A DNA stretch of 59,814 nt, counting the filler. It is 3 parts of 3 records of this genome, joined end to end, with 100 filler letters (N's around TTAATTAATTAA, not from the genome) between each part and the next. Parts side by side here need not be neighbours in the genome. Positions count along the whole stretch, not along the records: positions 1 to 29,207 come from SRR22947725_2138; 2 more parts are not named here. The stretch is one strand, 5' to 3'. The translations under genes were made by a program, and so were the position numbers. The notes under the pieces were generated by a model. The model saw only the letters and a list, made by a program, of their open reading frames with translations, did not search any database and was not told where the DNA came from. Shown piece by piece: positions 1-10,768 of this stretch (its first letter is position 1; each line of letters opens with the position of its first letter).

Positions 1-3000
1 GTAAGCACCGCTACCTACTGTAAATGACGCATCTTTTCTGTTTACCCAAGGAATCATACCGAGTCCTCTAGCATTAACAGCAGGCATAGTAAGACTGCCG
101 CCATCCATTCGCTTCCAAACTACATGCTCTGGTAAAAAGTTTCTAGCCGCACTTCTTTTACTGTAGTAGCCGAACAATCCGGTATTACCTTGATTGGCAC
201 TCGATGATAGATAATGCGTTGCTCCAGTTATACCTATACATTCAGTTGCATAAGTACCTTGGCTTTCATGGAAACTATTTTGCGAAACAGTACTTTCATC
301 CCAGAATAAATCGCCAGTAGGATATCTACAGGCATTGGCCCTAGCCATATCACCGCTCTGTATAGTACGATGCCATTTGGCGTCGGCTGGTAAAGCATTA
401 CCGGCGGGATAGTCGCCAGCAACAACAGGTACGAATTGACTTTTGTGAATCTGTACTTCTACATGAGGACCAGCAGTAGCAGGTCCAACATATCTGTCTT
501 TGTTGTGAACTTTAGCAGTGTCCCAAGCAATAGTACCGGCGTGGATAGAGTCTCCTACACCCACCATAGTCAGCATGTCACCTGTACAGGTAATACTGTC
601 ACGGTCAGCCTTAGCGACCAATGGTAGTTCACTCTCATGACTAATCACTATTAGGTGTCTACTAGATAACCCACTTACACAAAAGTCAGATACAAATGCA
701 GCCGACAAACCATCACCTGTCACTGGAGCAGGAGAAGAGCCAGCCAAACAAGTTTCAGCAGCGCCGTAAGGATTGAAACCTAAGAAAGGATGCCAAGCAC
801 CTAAACCAGCAGCATAGGTGTTACCAGTTATATCTAGTGAATTGAAGTAAGAATATCTCTCCCCATGCCAGCCGACTGCACCTACTGCTTTAGTTCGGTC
901 TACTGCGTCTACATAACCGCTAAAGTGAACTTGAGTCATATGGTCTCTGGCCGAGTTTCCAGAATCATTGTTATATCTGTGAGTACCTGCTTTAGTCCAA
1001 ACATAAGCCTCGTAAGTCGTACCTCCAGCAAGACTGGTCAGTTGGCTATGGTCATGAGGGTTTCTGAAATTAGTAGAAACTCCTCCAGTAGTATCTGGGT
1101 TTTTACCTAATGTTAGAGTTAAGTTAGGTGCTGAATAAGATGTTGACACATAAGGTGCGTAATAAGCATTAGTTCCGTCACTCAATCTTATCCAGCCATA
1201 TTCGGGTAATTTGTCAAAACTACCATTGATGACTACAGTAGCAGCGCTTTCGCCTTCTTCTTGTGAATAACTTTGAACAGTTGCTGTGACCCAACCATAT
1301 CTGTCTTGCTTGTGAGCATTTTGCATTGAGGGCATAAATGTACCACCCATAGCCTTGAGCGGGTCTTTACCGGGGAATGTATTGATTGAAGCACTAATAA
1401 TAGTAGCCAACTCTTCTGCGTTCTGAACACGAGTTGCATCGACTATGACTATGTTTTCATCAACAGTCTGATTAGTAGGTGTACCACCGTAAAAGCCCAA
1501 GTAAGCATTTGCTAACAAGCCACAAGGTCTGAAAACTGTAGGGTTCTTAGCAGCCCCGCTACCATTAGCGATTCTACCAGCAGTACCAGTAGGATGGTCA
1601 GGGTTTTTACTTACATGGTTATCTAAGAAATGACCACCCGGATGATATCCGCCATCCATGTGCCAAACAGCAGCAGACCGTCTAGTCTTAGGGAAGTTAG
1701 AACCGCCTATCGTATTTGCAGCACCTCCAGCAAGTGCTACAGGGACATGATTAAACGGATGGAAATGCTTGGGTAATACTCTACCAACTACTTGACTTGC
1801 TCCACTACCTTCGTAATAGAAAGCCTTTACATTTGTTTGGTCGTAACTTTTAGTAGCACTAGCATCTTCTGACGGGAAACCTTTGGTAGGTTGCCAGTTC
1901 ATAACATAATTAAACGCAGTCTCGTTGTTTTTCTGGAAGAAAGTAGTCATAGGTAAGTGAGCCAAAGCGCTACCTCTGTTGAAACCGCTATGCTCAGTCA
2001 AATCACCGTTAGCCAGTTGATTTGGTAGGAATGTATCTTTAGTCGCATCGTTGTTGTAATGAATAGGTACTGCGCTGTAACCATTACCTGTTGTAACTAT
2101 ATCAGCACCCTGTGGCTCATGTGCTGCTGTATTGTGAGGGAAAGCCTGACCCGGACCAAATATCATGTAGGTAGTTTGGTTATTTGTATCCCCCGATGAA
2201 CTATATCTAGCGTGAGGATGAGCGAATCTAAGAACTATTGGACTGGGGATGTTTACACTGACTGTGTTTGTGCCGTCAGTGTAATCTATTCCTGTCACTT
2301 TATCGTTAGCACCCTTAGCCATGTCGAAGGTAAGTATAGCATCTTGGTTGAAGAAAGGAGGATGATTTTGACCTTTGTGTTGGTCAAGATAAGGTGTACC
2401 GGGGAACATAGCCAGCATAGCATTGGTATCGAGTAGTGCGTAAGAGCCAGCCACCTCTCCTATATTCTGCATCCCGGCGCTACCTGTCGGGCCAGAAGAA
2501 TAAGGATGGGTATAGAATTCGCCGTAATCGTTTTGCGTACCGTCGTTTATGTCGACAACCGCACCGCTAAATCCACCACCGAAGTAGAGAGGCACCCAGT
2601 GGTCTGGGCTATCTCTACCGCCACGGAAGTAAAGGAATGGACTAGATTGTTTGCTACCTGCTCTTCTAATACCATCTGTTTTGATAGCATCGTAAGTGTC
2701 AGCGTATCCTTTGAAAATTATATCACTAGCCGATGGTGTAGGCCAATTAGAAGAACTAGCGTTGCCTACATAGACGACTCTAGTAACACAGGTTGAGCCG
2801 GGCTCACTTCTTACTGTAGCGTATTTATCAGAACTGTATCTAATCAAGAAAGGCTCACCCCAACTGACTGCATTGTTACATGCAAGTTTACCAAACAAAG
2901 CCCATGTTTGACCGCCTGCTACATCTATGTTAGTAGTTCCATGAGTGGCACTTATTAACGCAGATGGTGAATCAATTCTAGGTATAATCCTATCACCGGC

Positions 3001-6000
3001 TACATCAATGAAGTTTTCACCTCTTAGATTTCTTTGCCAGATTGTAGTATCGACTATGTTGTTTTGGCTATCGACTAGCACAGGGGTAGCCGTATTTGCA
3101 TTCGCTCCTCTATACTTGGTTGTAATTTGAAGTATAGTAGAAGGTATGTAACCAATGTCTAAGCGAGTACCTGCATCCATTTCACTTGTGGATAAACCAC
3201 CAGTGTGTTTACTACTTACCGCAGCATCAGTCGAAGCACCGTCAAGTAAACCGAAGTCTTTGGTTCTGTCTACTTCAAACAACTTACCTAGAGGCGTTTT
3301 GTTGTCAGCCATCGTCTTTATTCTAATAGCGGTAGGGCTGACACCCCAATCACCTAATGTTTTCCCATCGGGAGCGAACATGTGAGTACAGTCAAAACTA
3401 GATGCTTTTACACCTTCTTGCTCAGAGTTTGATGAGTTAATAGCATACTCTACAGCGGCAGCCATTACTTCGTCAGTTAGTAGACAAGTAAAGTTAATTC
3501 TCGGACTGAGTATTAGACCCGGCCCACCGGCTACTATCTCGGTTACATTTGTAACACCGTAGAAAAAATGCTTGTTAGATGTGCCACCGGCTTTAGCGAA
3601 ATGAGAGCGGCTAGTATAGAATGTAGTCATACCTTGGTTTCCGCTAGTTCCATCATCATCGCTTAACTGCAACATACCAGATTCTGGAAAACCAAGATAA
3701 CCTAATATATCTGGATGAGAAAAAGAGCCTACATTATGATAAGGGTCTGTTAGTACAACTTCAAGTGTAGTTCCACTAAGTGTTGCAGTAACATGCACAC
3801 CTACATGTGGACTCGGATAATTGTTCCATAAGTTACCTTTGAAAGGCTGCAAAGTTCCACCAGTCAATTCTCCGCAGACTTCACCTTTACCAACCATATG
3901 CTTACCTATGGTAAATCCACCTTGACCAACATCTCTATCATCAAAATGAATGACAACTTCTTCATCTAATGTAGGTGGTAAGTAGGTATTGTCGTTAGCG
4001 AAACTCTCACCAAACTGTCTGTAAACAAAACGAATGGTATGATTGTCTCCTCTATGGTCAACCATTCTTATGCCATAAAGCGGCGACTTGCCGATATTCT
4101 GCTTTTTCATATCATCTTGGGGTATGTATCCGCCAGTCGTACCAACTGTAGTCACAGTCATTGAATCGGCTGAGTTAGCAGCATTACCGTATTTAGTTCG
4201 GAAATTAGCCTGTGTGCCATCATTATCGTAGCCCCATTTACTTACATCAGGTGCCCAGCCCGGTATACCTGCTTGGGTTAAGCCACCAAAGTTAATTCTG
4301 GCTTTGGCTCTGGTACCCACTCTTAACCCGTCTACTAAGGTAGAGGAAGGGCTCTTAGTTTCAAATGATTCGTTAAGTAAAGTATTGCTATTTCTACCAC
4401 TGACTAATTCTATATTAGCATCGGCTAGTATTCCCGGACCAACTATACCGTCTGCTCCTAGATTGAGATTGTTTATGAATGGGTCACTAGGGTTTTCTGG
4501 AGGTAGGTGCTCTTTGAGTGTAGTAATAGGAGCAAATGGTCTACCGAATCTGTTGATAGGCATAGGGGCCGGGTGCATGTTTTCACCAGTTACCTCGTCA
4601 GGCTGGCACCAGTAATTTCTGAATCTACCACCGTGACCAATAAGGAACTGAGGTCTGTAAGGGCTCTGTGCCTTACTACTGTCTAACCAAGTACAGAAGT
4701 TTCTTCCAGCAGCACCCGGAACTGTTGAATGTATTACTATGGAAAAGCCCGGATTATCTTCTGAATCAAGTACTACTCTTCCTAAATGCGCTCTTACATA
4801 ACCCATGTGAGTACCACGGTCATGACTAGAGAAGGCCTTGCTTGTATCCCAGAATGGAGCAGGGTCGTGAGTAGAGGCGGTTGCTGCAAAGTCAGCATGA
4901 AGATGAGTGGCAGTAGGGTCTGTGTTGCTACTGTAAGCGTTTGATTTAGGACCGGGGCTGGTCAAGTCAAACTTTGAGCCATCGCCTAAGAATTGGTCAT
5001 TCGGTCTACGAGCGTGTGTCTTACCATTTTTGGCACCGGCTTGATTGATTAGCCTAACTACTTCTCTAGCAGCAGACTCTATGTTAGTCACACCGTCTTT
5101 GAGGCGCACTTCTCCTAAATCAACAGTAAGTCTTCTAACGAAGTCCATTTGGTTCCAATGGTTTAGGTACTGTAATCGACTTTCATCGTGAAATGTCAAA
5201 TCAAGAGTGGTGTTTCTTATACCCTTCATAGCCAAGAAAGTAGGTATTACCCTAGTACCGTCAGGTGTATCAAAGAAAGTAGATGATTCTCTACTAGTCG
5301 AGTCTATTATCTGGTGGTCGGTAATTGCATCGCTAGCAGATGCCACTGCTGGATTAGTCCTAACACTGTAACTATCTTTGGCTATATTGCCCAGCCCACC
5401 TACATTGTGTTCGGACAAGCCGCCGGTTACACTTTTATTAACATCAGAAGCATGTGCGTAACTGGCTTCTATAAAGTCTGATTTTTCTGTAGCGAGTAGT
5501 AATTTATTTTGACTAGGGAAACCTGCCGCTACATCTAGTTGAGAACCTAAACCAGTAACTGAATTTACTATAGTACCGGCTGCTGTAGTGGTTACATCTG
5601 AACCTATTTTAGCGGCAGCAGGGCTAGATTGTACTTGCATATGTAAATCTTGGAATGCAATAAATTCACGGTCATGACCTACATCGTACAGCAGTATCCT
5701 AACAAAGTCATCAGTGCACTGGTAAGGGTCTAAGTAAGCAACTACTGGTACAATTGCATCAGTGTTCAAAGCCTCGTAATTTAACACAATTGTTTTATTG
5801 ATATGTTGAACTAGATTCTTAGCAGTTTCTATACAAGTATTACCGATTAAGAAGTTCTCTAAAGGTATGCTATCTCTAGGGTTATTGTTAAGCGTACCTT
5901 GTCCACCATTAAAGCCAGTCCATACTTCTGCTTCGTTTAGCGTTCCCCGACTCTTACAAAACAAACCTTCGATTGCGTGAGGATTAGTATAGTGCATGTT

Positions 6001-9000
6001 CATCCATACAGTATCACCTTGTCTTAGACCGCCGGGGCAATAAGGATGTGCCCAAGCCCTATTGAGGAATGTTTCTAACACTTGAGGATATGTGGTGTTT
6101 CCGGGTATAACATGCAGGTCTTCAACATATATTTCGTCACCTACTGCGGGCGTAAATCCACTATCAGGACTAACAATAGTAAATACATTACCTACCCTGT
6201 TATCGTAAAATCCACGATTGACTGTTCCGCTTCCGTTCCTAAATGCAACTCTAAATTTGTAATTAGCATTAGGAGAACTGATAGGGAACAAACTAGCATC
6301 GTCTAGCGTAAGAGATGTAGCGGGACTTCCAGTTACAGCAACAACTGTTGCTCTAGGTCTTTTGCTGACTACTTTAGGAAGGTGAGGGTTAGTCGAGGGG
6401 CCTGCTTTTAATTCAATAGCACTGACATACTGCTTGAGTCCGTAATCGGTGTTACCACCTTGAGTCATTACATTTGACCTATCATAATAGAATGACCTGC
6501 GATTCTCATAACCTGCACTGATAAGGCTAGGATTATCAGCGATACTGTTGTAATTCATATCTTGATATCCGGGTGCTGGAGTAAGATGTGCGCCTACTTT
6601 GAGGTCACGGAAGAAATTTTCACTGGCTATAAAGTCATCACCATGAGCGCCAGCAACTTCTAAATAATGACTGGTAGTATTTCTTGCATCGTATATTACC
6701 CACTCGCCGTTTGGTAAGAAAGCCCTACGATACCTAGCACCTCCGCTAATACCTGCTACATCTGTAGCCGGTGCAGTAGGTATAGGGAAAATGTTAGCGT
6801 CTTCGACATATATCTTATGTCCACTAGTAGTATAGGGTTGAGTAACTTTAGTACCACTGCGATGTGATTTGTTTTGAATAGAATAAGAAAATGGGCCAAA
6901 TATCTCAGGGTCTTGCGGGGAAATCGAATCTGGTCTTCTACCTACAGGGTTAGGACTCCAAGAATGCGCTGTATGAGTAGCGTCTACATGCAGTTTCATA
7001 CTGTTGTCTGGTCCGGGGAATATACCTTTGTCGGGATTATCAAAGAAGAACTCCTCAAACAAAGGAATCTCAACCAAAGCCCTAGTACTGGCGTATTGCG
7101 TACCTAGTTGGTAGTCGTGCTGAACAGTATCTAAGGATTGAAAAAGTCTATCATTGATAGTAGTTCCATCATTGCACATTGACTCTTCACTAAACTTGTC
7201 GTCTACATGCAGTACACTACCCTTTACTATACCAGTAGCGGTTATCCAATCTGCAAATGTATCTGATTCACTACCGTCTGCTTGTAAGAATTTACCTGTC
7301 CCTAATTGGCTACCCGATGCAAATGTGAACACATCTCCTGTTTTACTAGCGTATTCAGCACTAGCAAACTGAATTTGCTCCCCTTGATTACCGGCTATTT
7401 CTAAGTATATTCTACCTGTTTTAGGGAAACAATATGTACCCCATGACTGTAAATCGGTAGCCTTGTTGTTAAGAGGTAGAACAGTAACAGTGGTAGAAGA
7501 AGTAGCACTGACTGCTGTTTGACAATCTCTTCGAGTGTTCCACGCTAGTCTAGCGAGTGGACTTGGGTCCCATGTTTCCTTGGTGTTAATCGCACCTTGA
7601 CCTGCGCCTCCAAGAGTAATCGCCACTACTGGTGCGCCCGGCATAATCTCTTTGACAATGTGAGAATCTGGACTTGCAGAGCCTTTTACGCTGACAGTAG
7701 AAGATGCAATGTCGCTAAGTAAACCGTGCGCTCTGAGTACCGTGTTACCGTCGCCATCATCTCCAAATGATAACACTCTACCTCTTGACATTAGATGCTC
7801 TACACTTATGTGATTTCTCATCTCTGTATCCTTTACTAGTTTAGACAACTGAGCAAAACGACTTCTGTCGCTAGGTTGTACAACTAGTGTAGTAATGTTG
7901 CTCCTTGATTTATGTTCAATAATGTCAAAGTATTCATGTACAGCAGTGCTTTGATTAGTACTACCTCTACCTGTTGATTGAGGTTCTAAGAACAATTCAT
8001 CTTTAATTACTACGGCATCAGAAGTACCTGCACCTATTGTAACACTGCCAGAAGCAACTGCTGTTACAGTACCTAGACTTTTACCATTGGCTTTGTAAAT
8101 AATGTCGTTAACTGCTATGGTATCGCTCACTGTACCGCCAATTACATTCATGGCACCAGTAGTAGACGCTGAATAGTCTGCACTAAATGTGAGGCCTAAT
8201 CTTTGCCTAGTACCATTGGTGGTTTTTCTTAACTTTACATTTGATATTTCTTCGTAATCAGCAGATTTAACAAAGTGATTACGGATTAGTATTTTATGAA
8301 AAACAGATGACCTAGAAGCCAGTTCAGATTGAGCGACGCTTATCGCTTGAGGAGTAGTTTGAGGAGTGTCAGTACTAGACTGAGGTAAATAATTAGTAGG
8401 GCACAGGCTCAGGTTTAATTGACTTTCTCCTACCAAACCTTCTGAATCATCGCCTTCTAATTGACCGTCGTCGAATGGGAATAAATTAGGAGTCTTGAAA
8501 GATAATACTCCTCCCGGAGAAACAACAGTCAAAGGTTTAGTATTAGCCGATGTCCTCATCAAGTCAAGAATACTAGTGGTACCTGTCACTATAGTACTAA
8601 CATCTGGTAAGGTTTTACTGACTAGTAATTTAGGAGAGTTGTCAATCATTTTTACTATTGCGTTATTAACTGCTGAGTTGTTAAAAGCGCTGTTATTAGG
8701 TGTCGCAGAGAAAACTATAGTCTTAGCAGCATGGTTTACTTTAGCAGTTTGGTTGGTAAAAGAAGTAAATGGTTTATGTCCATCTATTGATATTTTACTA
8801 GCAGGTACCGTCAATCCGTCTACGCCAAAACACTTGATACTCTGTAGAGTCAGTGTCGCTGTTGATATATTAGCAGTAAGCCTAGATGTGGCACTTACAT
8901 CAAAATGGTCGCCAGTTCTATCTACTGCATTATAATGAATTTGTACAAACGGTGCATAGTCATATGTTTCTAATTCTGGGAGTACGAGCGTAGCGATTCT

Positions 9001-10767
9001 ACTTTCGGCGGAAGGAATAATTGACTTTGCATCGTTACTCGAATCGGTAGAAGAAATAGACTTGAGTAGAAACGGCTCAGTGTTAAATTGAGGGCCTCCT
9101 ATCGCTAATAAACTTCGCTGGGTGTCATCTATGTCAGACATACCGTTTTCTACAAATGTAGATACAACCGAAGAATAAACCAAGTCATTGATAGGTAAAT
9201 TACCATGGTTATCAAAACTTGATATTATACTGTTAACTGGTACCAAGTCCTTTACGCTACCAAACTGAGGCATGAATGTAGCGTTTATTACATCACTACC
9301 TGCGTCTAACTTCTTTTCTACACTATGAGATTCAGGAGGTGGTAGAAGTCCCATAAAGGGATGGCTCTTGACATGATTCAGTATATGTCTACCACTATGA
9401 CCTATTAGGAATCCTTCACCCATGTTAGTCGTACTCGCTGAAAACTGGTTGTATTCGTGAGAGTCAACTGCCATACTCATTGAAAACATTAAGCCGTGAT
9501 TTTCAAAGTCACTTTCGTCTATGATGACCTGACCTTGCCTTTGTGAAAACTGAGTACCGCTACCTTGTGGCTGGAACACATTACCATTACCGCCGTCTAC
9601 AAGACAGTCGCCTGTAATAACTACGAACTCACCAGCGTCGTGAGCCATTAGCAATCCTCTTCGACCAGTACTAGATGCAGCAAAATCAAGGTGAATAGAT
9701 TCTACTACTATGTTACCAGTACTGCTGTCTATAGAAATTAATCTAACTCTTTCAGGGGCTTTGTTAGTAGGCTTACCAGTCTTTGTATTGTAACCTAGAG
9801 GATTTATCAATAGGTTGTAAGGTACCTTTGGAATAGATATGTCACTAGTAGAAGTCGCTGCATATTTCTTTACGGTGTAGTTACCTTGGCTATAGTCACT
9901 CGCTGGATGACTAAAGTTGGCAAAGGTTTGTCCAGTTTGTCCAGTTAACTCTTCAATCAACGCTGCGGCTGCGGTAGAACCTATAGAGATTGTAGACTGA
10001 CTGGTGCTGGCTGTCAAAGCAGGTGTAGCGACCCTTGTAGCAATAGGACTGATAGGTTCTTCAAATCGCCAAAGACCAAGTGTATTATCACCTTTCACTG
10101 GAGCAAACTGCTGTCTACCTGTAGGTAAAGCACTGGATGAAAAATGTACAGTTTCCAGTGTACCTCTAAAGTCACCACCTCTTCCGCCCAAAAACATTTG
10201 ACTTTGCTGAGGTACGAGTTCGTGCTCTTCTTCCAGAACTTGCTCGACAAGTAAATCACCGTTGACATGCATACTGATTATTCTTCTGTCGAAAGTTACA
10301 GTGACATTTAGCAATTCTCTAGTGCCGTCTGCGAAAGCGCTAACATCGTTAGAGTCAACACTAGACCCTAGGTTAGCAGAATTAATTGTTGAGTTGTTAG
10401 TAGGGAAAAGTATACCATCCCAGTAAGCAAGTAATCCGTTTGCCTTGTTTACGGCTTTAGCGCTACTCAGAGTGAAAACATTGTCTTTGCCATTATTCTT
10501 ATTCCTAAGTCTGACTTCAAAGAATGCAGGCGCTGCGCTACTAGGTGAGCCTACGGTAAGTCGCATAACATTGTCTTGTTCAAATATAGTCCCGCCAGAA
10601 TCAGGTACGAACCATGTTTCTAAAGTAAAAGAGCCCATCGAAGCAGGTAACCTTTTCCTTTCACCTTCTTGTATACCGTGTAGTCTAGTGTTACCAGTAG
10701 GTACTATAACGCTATCACTAATACCGTTGAACCTTAGTCCGTAACCAGCATCTATTAGTAAACTCAT
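1..10767 (-). CDS. Giant virion protein (at least 3589 aa, 3' end beyond window), N-terminal LamG-like domain; probable tail tip/fibre/adhesin
   Basis: ATG at 10767, 1 nt after the upstream stop: MSLLIDAGYGLRFNGISDSVIVP...GSFTLETWFVPD...MFLGGRGGDFRGTLE...LGLWRFEEP. The same frame is open in every segment I translated down to base 1 (GMIPWVNRKDASFTVGSGAY). The ORF track lists no long minus-strand ORF here, as expected if there is no stop. Confidence 0.9.
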   Translation of the reverse strand, partial: MSLLIDAGYGLRFNGISDSVIVPTGNTRLHGIQEGERKRLPASMGSFTLETWFVPDSGGTIFEQDNVMRLTVGSPSSAAPAFFEVRLRNKNNGKDNVFTLSSAKAVNKANGLLAYWDGILFPTNNSTINSANLGSSVDSNDVSAFADGTRELLNVTVTFDRRIISMHVNGDLLVEQVLEEEHELVPQQSQMFLGGRGGDFRGTLETVHFSSSALPTGRQQFAPVKGDNTLGLWRFEEPISPIATRVATPALTASTSQSTISIGSTAAAALIEELTGQTGQTFANFSHPASDYSQGNYTVKKYAATSTSDISIPKVPYNLLINPLGYNTKTGKPTNKAPERVRLISIDSSTGNIVVESIHLDFAASSTGRRGLLMAHDAGEFVVITGDCLVDGGNGNVFQPQGSGTQFSQRQGQVIIDESDFENHGLMFSMSMAVDSHEYNQFSASTTNMGEGFLIGHSGRHILNHVKSHPFMGLLPPPESHSVEKKLDAGSDVINATFMPQFGSVKDLVPVNSIISSFDNHGNLPINDLVYSSVVSTFVENGMSDIDDTQRSLLAIGGPQFNTEPFLLKSISSTDSSNDAKSIIPSAESRIATLVLPELETYDYAPFVQIHYNAVDRTGDHFDVSATSRLTANISTATLTLQSIKCFGVDGLTVPASKISIDGHKPFTSFTNQTAKVNHAAKTIVFSATPNNSAFNNSAVNNAIVKMIDNSPKLLVSKTLPDVSTIVTGTTSILDLMRTSANTKPLTVVSPGGVLSFKTPNLFPFDDGQLEGDDSEGLVGESQLNLSLCPTNYLPQSSTDTPQTTPQAISVAQSELASRSSVFHKILIRNHFVKSADYEEISNVKLRKTTNGTRQRLGLTFSADYSASTTGAMNVIGGTVSDTIAVNDIIYKANGKSLGTVTAVASGSVTIGAGTSDAVVIKDELFLEPQSTGRGSTNQSTAVHEYFDIIEHKSRSNITTLVVQPSDRSRFAQLSKLVKDTEMRNHISVEHLMSRGRVLSFGDDGDGNTVLRAHGLLSDIASSTVSVKGSASPDSHIVKEIMPGAPVVAITLGGAGQGAINTKETWDPSPLARLAWNTRRDCQTAVSATSSTTVTVLPLNNKATDLQSWGTYCFPKTGRIYLEIAGNQGEQIQFASAEYASKTGDVFTFASGSQLGTGKFLQADGSESDTFADWITATGIVKGSVLHVDDKFSEESMCNDGTTINDRLFQSLDTVQHDYQLGTQYASTRALVEIPLFEEFFFDNPDKGIFPGPDNSMKLHVDATHTAHSWSPNPVGRRPDSISPQDPEIFGPFSYSIQNKSHRSGTKVTQPYTTSGHKIYVEDANIFPIPTAPATDVAGISGGARYRRAFLPNGEWVIYDARNTTSHYLEVAGAHGDDFIASENFFRDLKVGAHLTPAPGYQDMNYNSIADNPSLISAGYENRRSFYYDRSNVMTQGGNTDYGLKQYVSAIELKAGPSTNPHLPKVVSKRPRATVVAVTGSPATSLTLDDASLFPISSPNANYKFRVAFRNGSGTVNRGFYDNRVGNVFTIVSPDSGFTPAVGDEIYVEDLHVIPGNTTYPQVLETFLNRAWAHPYCPGGLRQGDTVWMNMHYTNPHAIEGLFCKSRGTLNEAEVWTGFNGGQGTLNNNPRDSIPLENFLIGNTCIETAKNLVQHINKTIVLNYEALNTDAIVPVVAYLDPYQCTDDFVRILLYDVGHDREFIAFQDLHMQVQSSPAAAKIGSDVTTTAAGTIVNSVTGLGSQLDVAAGFPSQNKLLLATEKSDFIEASYAHASDVNKSVTGGLSEHNVGGLGNIAKDSYSVRTNPAVASASDAITDHQIIDSTSRESSTFFDTPDGTRVIPTFLAMKGIRNTTLDLTFHDESRLQYLNHWNQMDFVRRLTVDLGEVRLKDGVTNIESAAREVVRLINQAGAKNGKTHARRPNDQFLGDGSKFDLTSPGPKSNAYSSNTDPTATHLHADFAATASTHDPAPFWDTSKAFSSHDRGTHMGYVRAHLGRVVLDSEDNPGFSIVIHSTVPGAAGRNFCTWLDSSKAQSPYRPQFLIGHGGRFRNYWCQPDEVTGENMHPAPMPINRFGRPFAPITTLKEHLPPENPSDPFINNLNLGADGIVGPGILADANIELVSGRNSNTLLNESFETKSPSSTLVDGLRVGTRAKARINFGGLTQAGIPGWAPDVSKWGYDNDGTQANFRTKYGNAANSADSMTVTTVGTTGGYIPQDDMKKQNIGKSPLYGIRMVDHRGDNHTIRFVYRQFGESFANDNTYLPPTLDEEVVIHFDDRDVGQGGFTIGKHMVGKGEVCGELTGGTLQPFKGNLWNNYPSPHVGVHVTATLSGTTLEVVLTDPYHNVGSFSHPDILGYLGFPESGMLQLSDDDGTSGNQGMTTFYTSRSHFAKAGGTSNKHFFYGVTNVTEIVAGGPGLILSPRINFTCLLTDEVMAAAVEYAINSSNSEQEGVKASSFDCTHMFAPDGKTLGDWGVSPTAIRIKTMADNKTPLGKLFEVDRTKDFGLLDGASTDAAVSSKHTGGLSTSEMDAGTRLDIGYIPSTILQITTKYRGANANTATPVLVDSQNNIVDTTIWQRNLRGENFIDVAGDRIIPRIDSPSALISATHGTTNIDVAGGQTWALFGKLACNNAVSWGEPFLIRYSSDKYATVRSEPGSTCVTRVVYVGNASSSNWPTPSASDIIFKGYADTYDAIKTDGIRRAGSKQSSPFLYFRGGRDSPDHWVPLYFGGGFSGAVVDINDGTQNDYGEFYTHPYSSGPTGSAGMQNIGEVAGSYALLDTNAMLAMFPGTPYLDQHKGQNHPPFFNQDAILTFDMAKGANDKVTGIDYTDGTNTVSVNIPSPIVLRFAHPHARYSSSGDTNNQTTYMIFGPGQAFPHNTAAHEPQGADIVTTGNGYSAVPIHYNNDATKDTFLPNQLANGDLTEHSGFNRGSALAHLPMTTFFQKNNETAFNYVMNWQPTKGFPSEDASATKSYDQTNVKAFYYEGSGASQVVGRVLPKHFHPFNHVPVALAGGAANTIGGSNFPKTRRSAAVWHMDGGYHPGGHFLDNHVSKNPDHPTGTAGRIANGSGAAKNPTVFRPCGLLANAYLGFYGGTPTNQTVDENIVIVDATRVQNAEELATIISASINTFPGKDPLKAMGGTFMPSMQNAHKQDRYGWVTATVQSYSQEEGESAATVVINGSFDKLPEYGWIRLSDGTNAYYAPYVSTSYSAPNLTLTLGKNPDTTGGVSTNFRNPHDHSQLTSLAGGTTYEAYVWTKAGTHRYNNDSGNSARDHMTQVHFSGYVDAVDRTKAVGAVGWHGERYSYFNSLDITGNTYAAGLGAWHPFLGFNPYGAAETCLAGSSPAPVTGDGLSAAFVSDFCVSGLSSRHLIVISHESELPLVAKADRDSITCTGDMLTMVGVGDSIHAGTIAWDTAKVHNKDRYVGPATAGPHVEVQIHKSQFVPVVAGDYPAGNALPADAKWHRTIQSGDMARANACRYPTGDLFWDESTVSQNSFHESQGTYATECIGITGATHYLSSSANQGNTGLFGYYSKRSAARNFLPEHVVWKRMDGGSLTMPAVNARGLGMIPWVNRKDASFTVGSGAY

Positions 10768-10768
10768 A

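Noticed and set aside
234-10744. Many short ORFs listed in 1-10.7 kb, mostly on the plus strand
   Set aside because: They are antisense or off-frame shadows of the single giant minus-strand ORF, with no RBS or motifs
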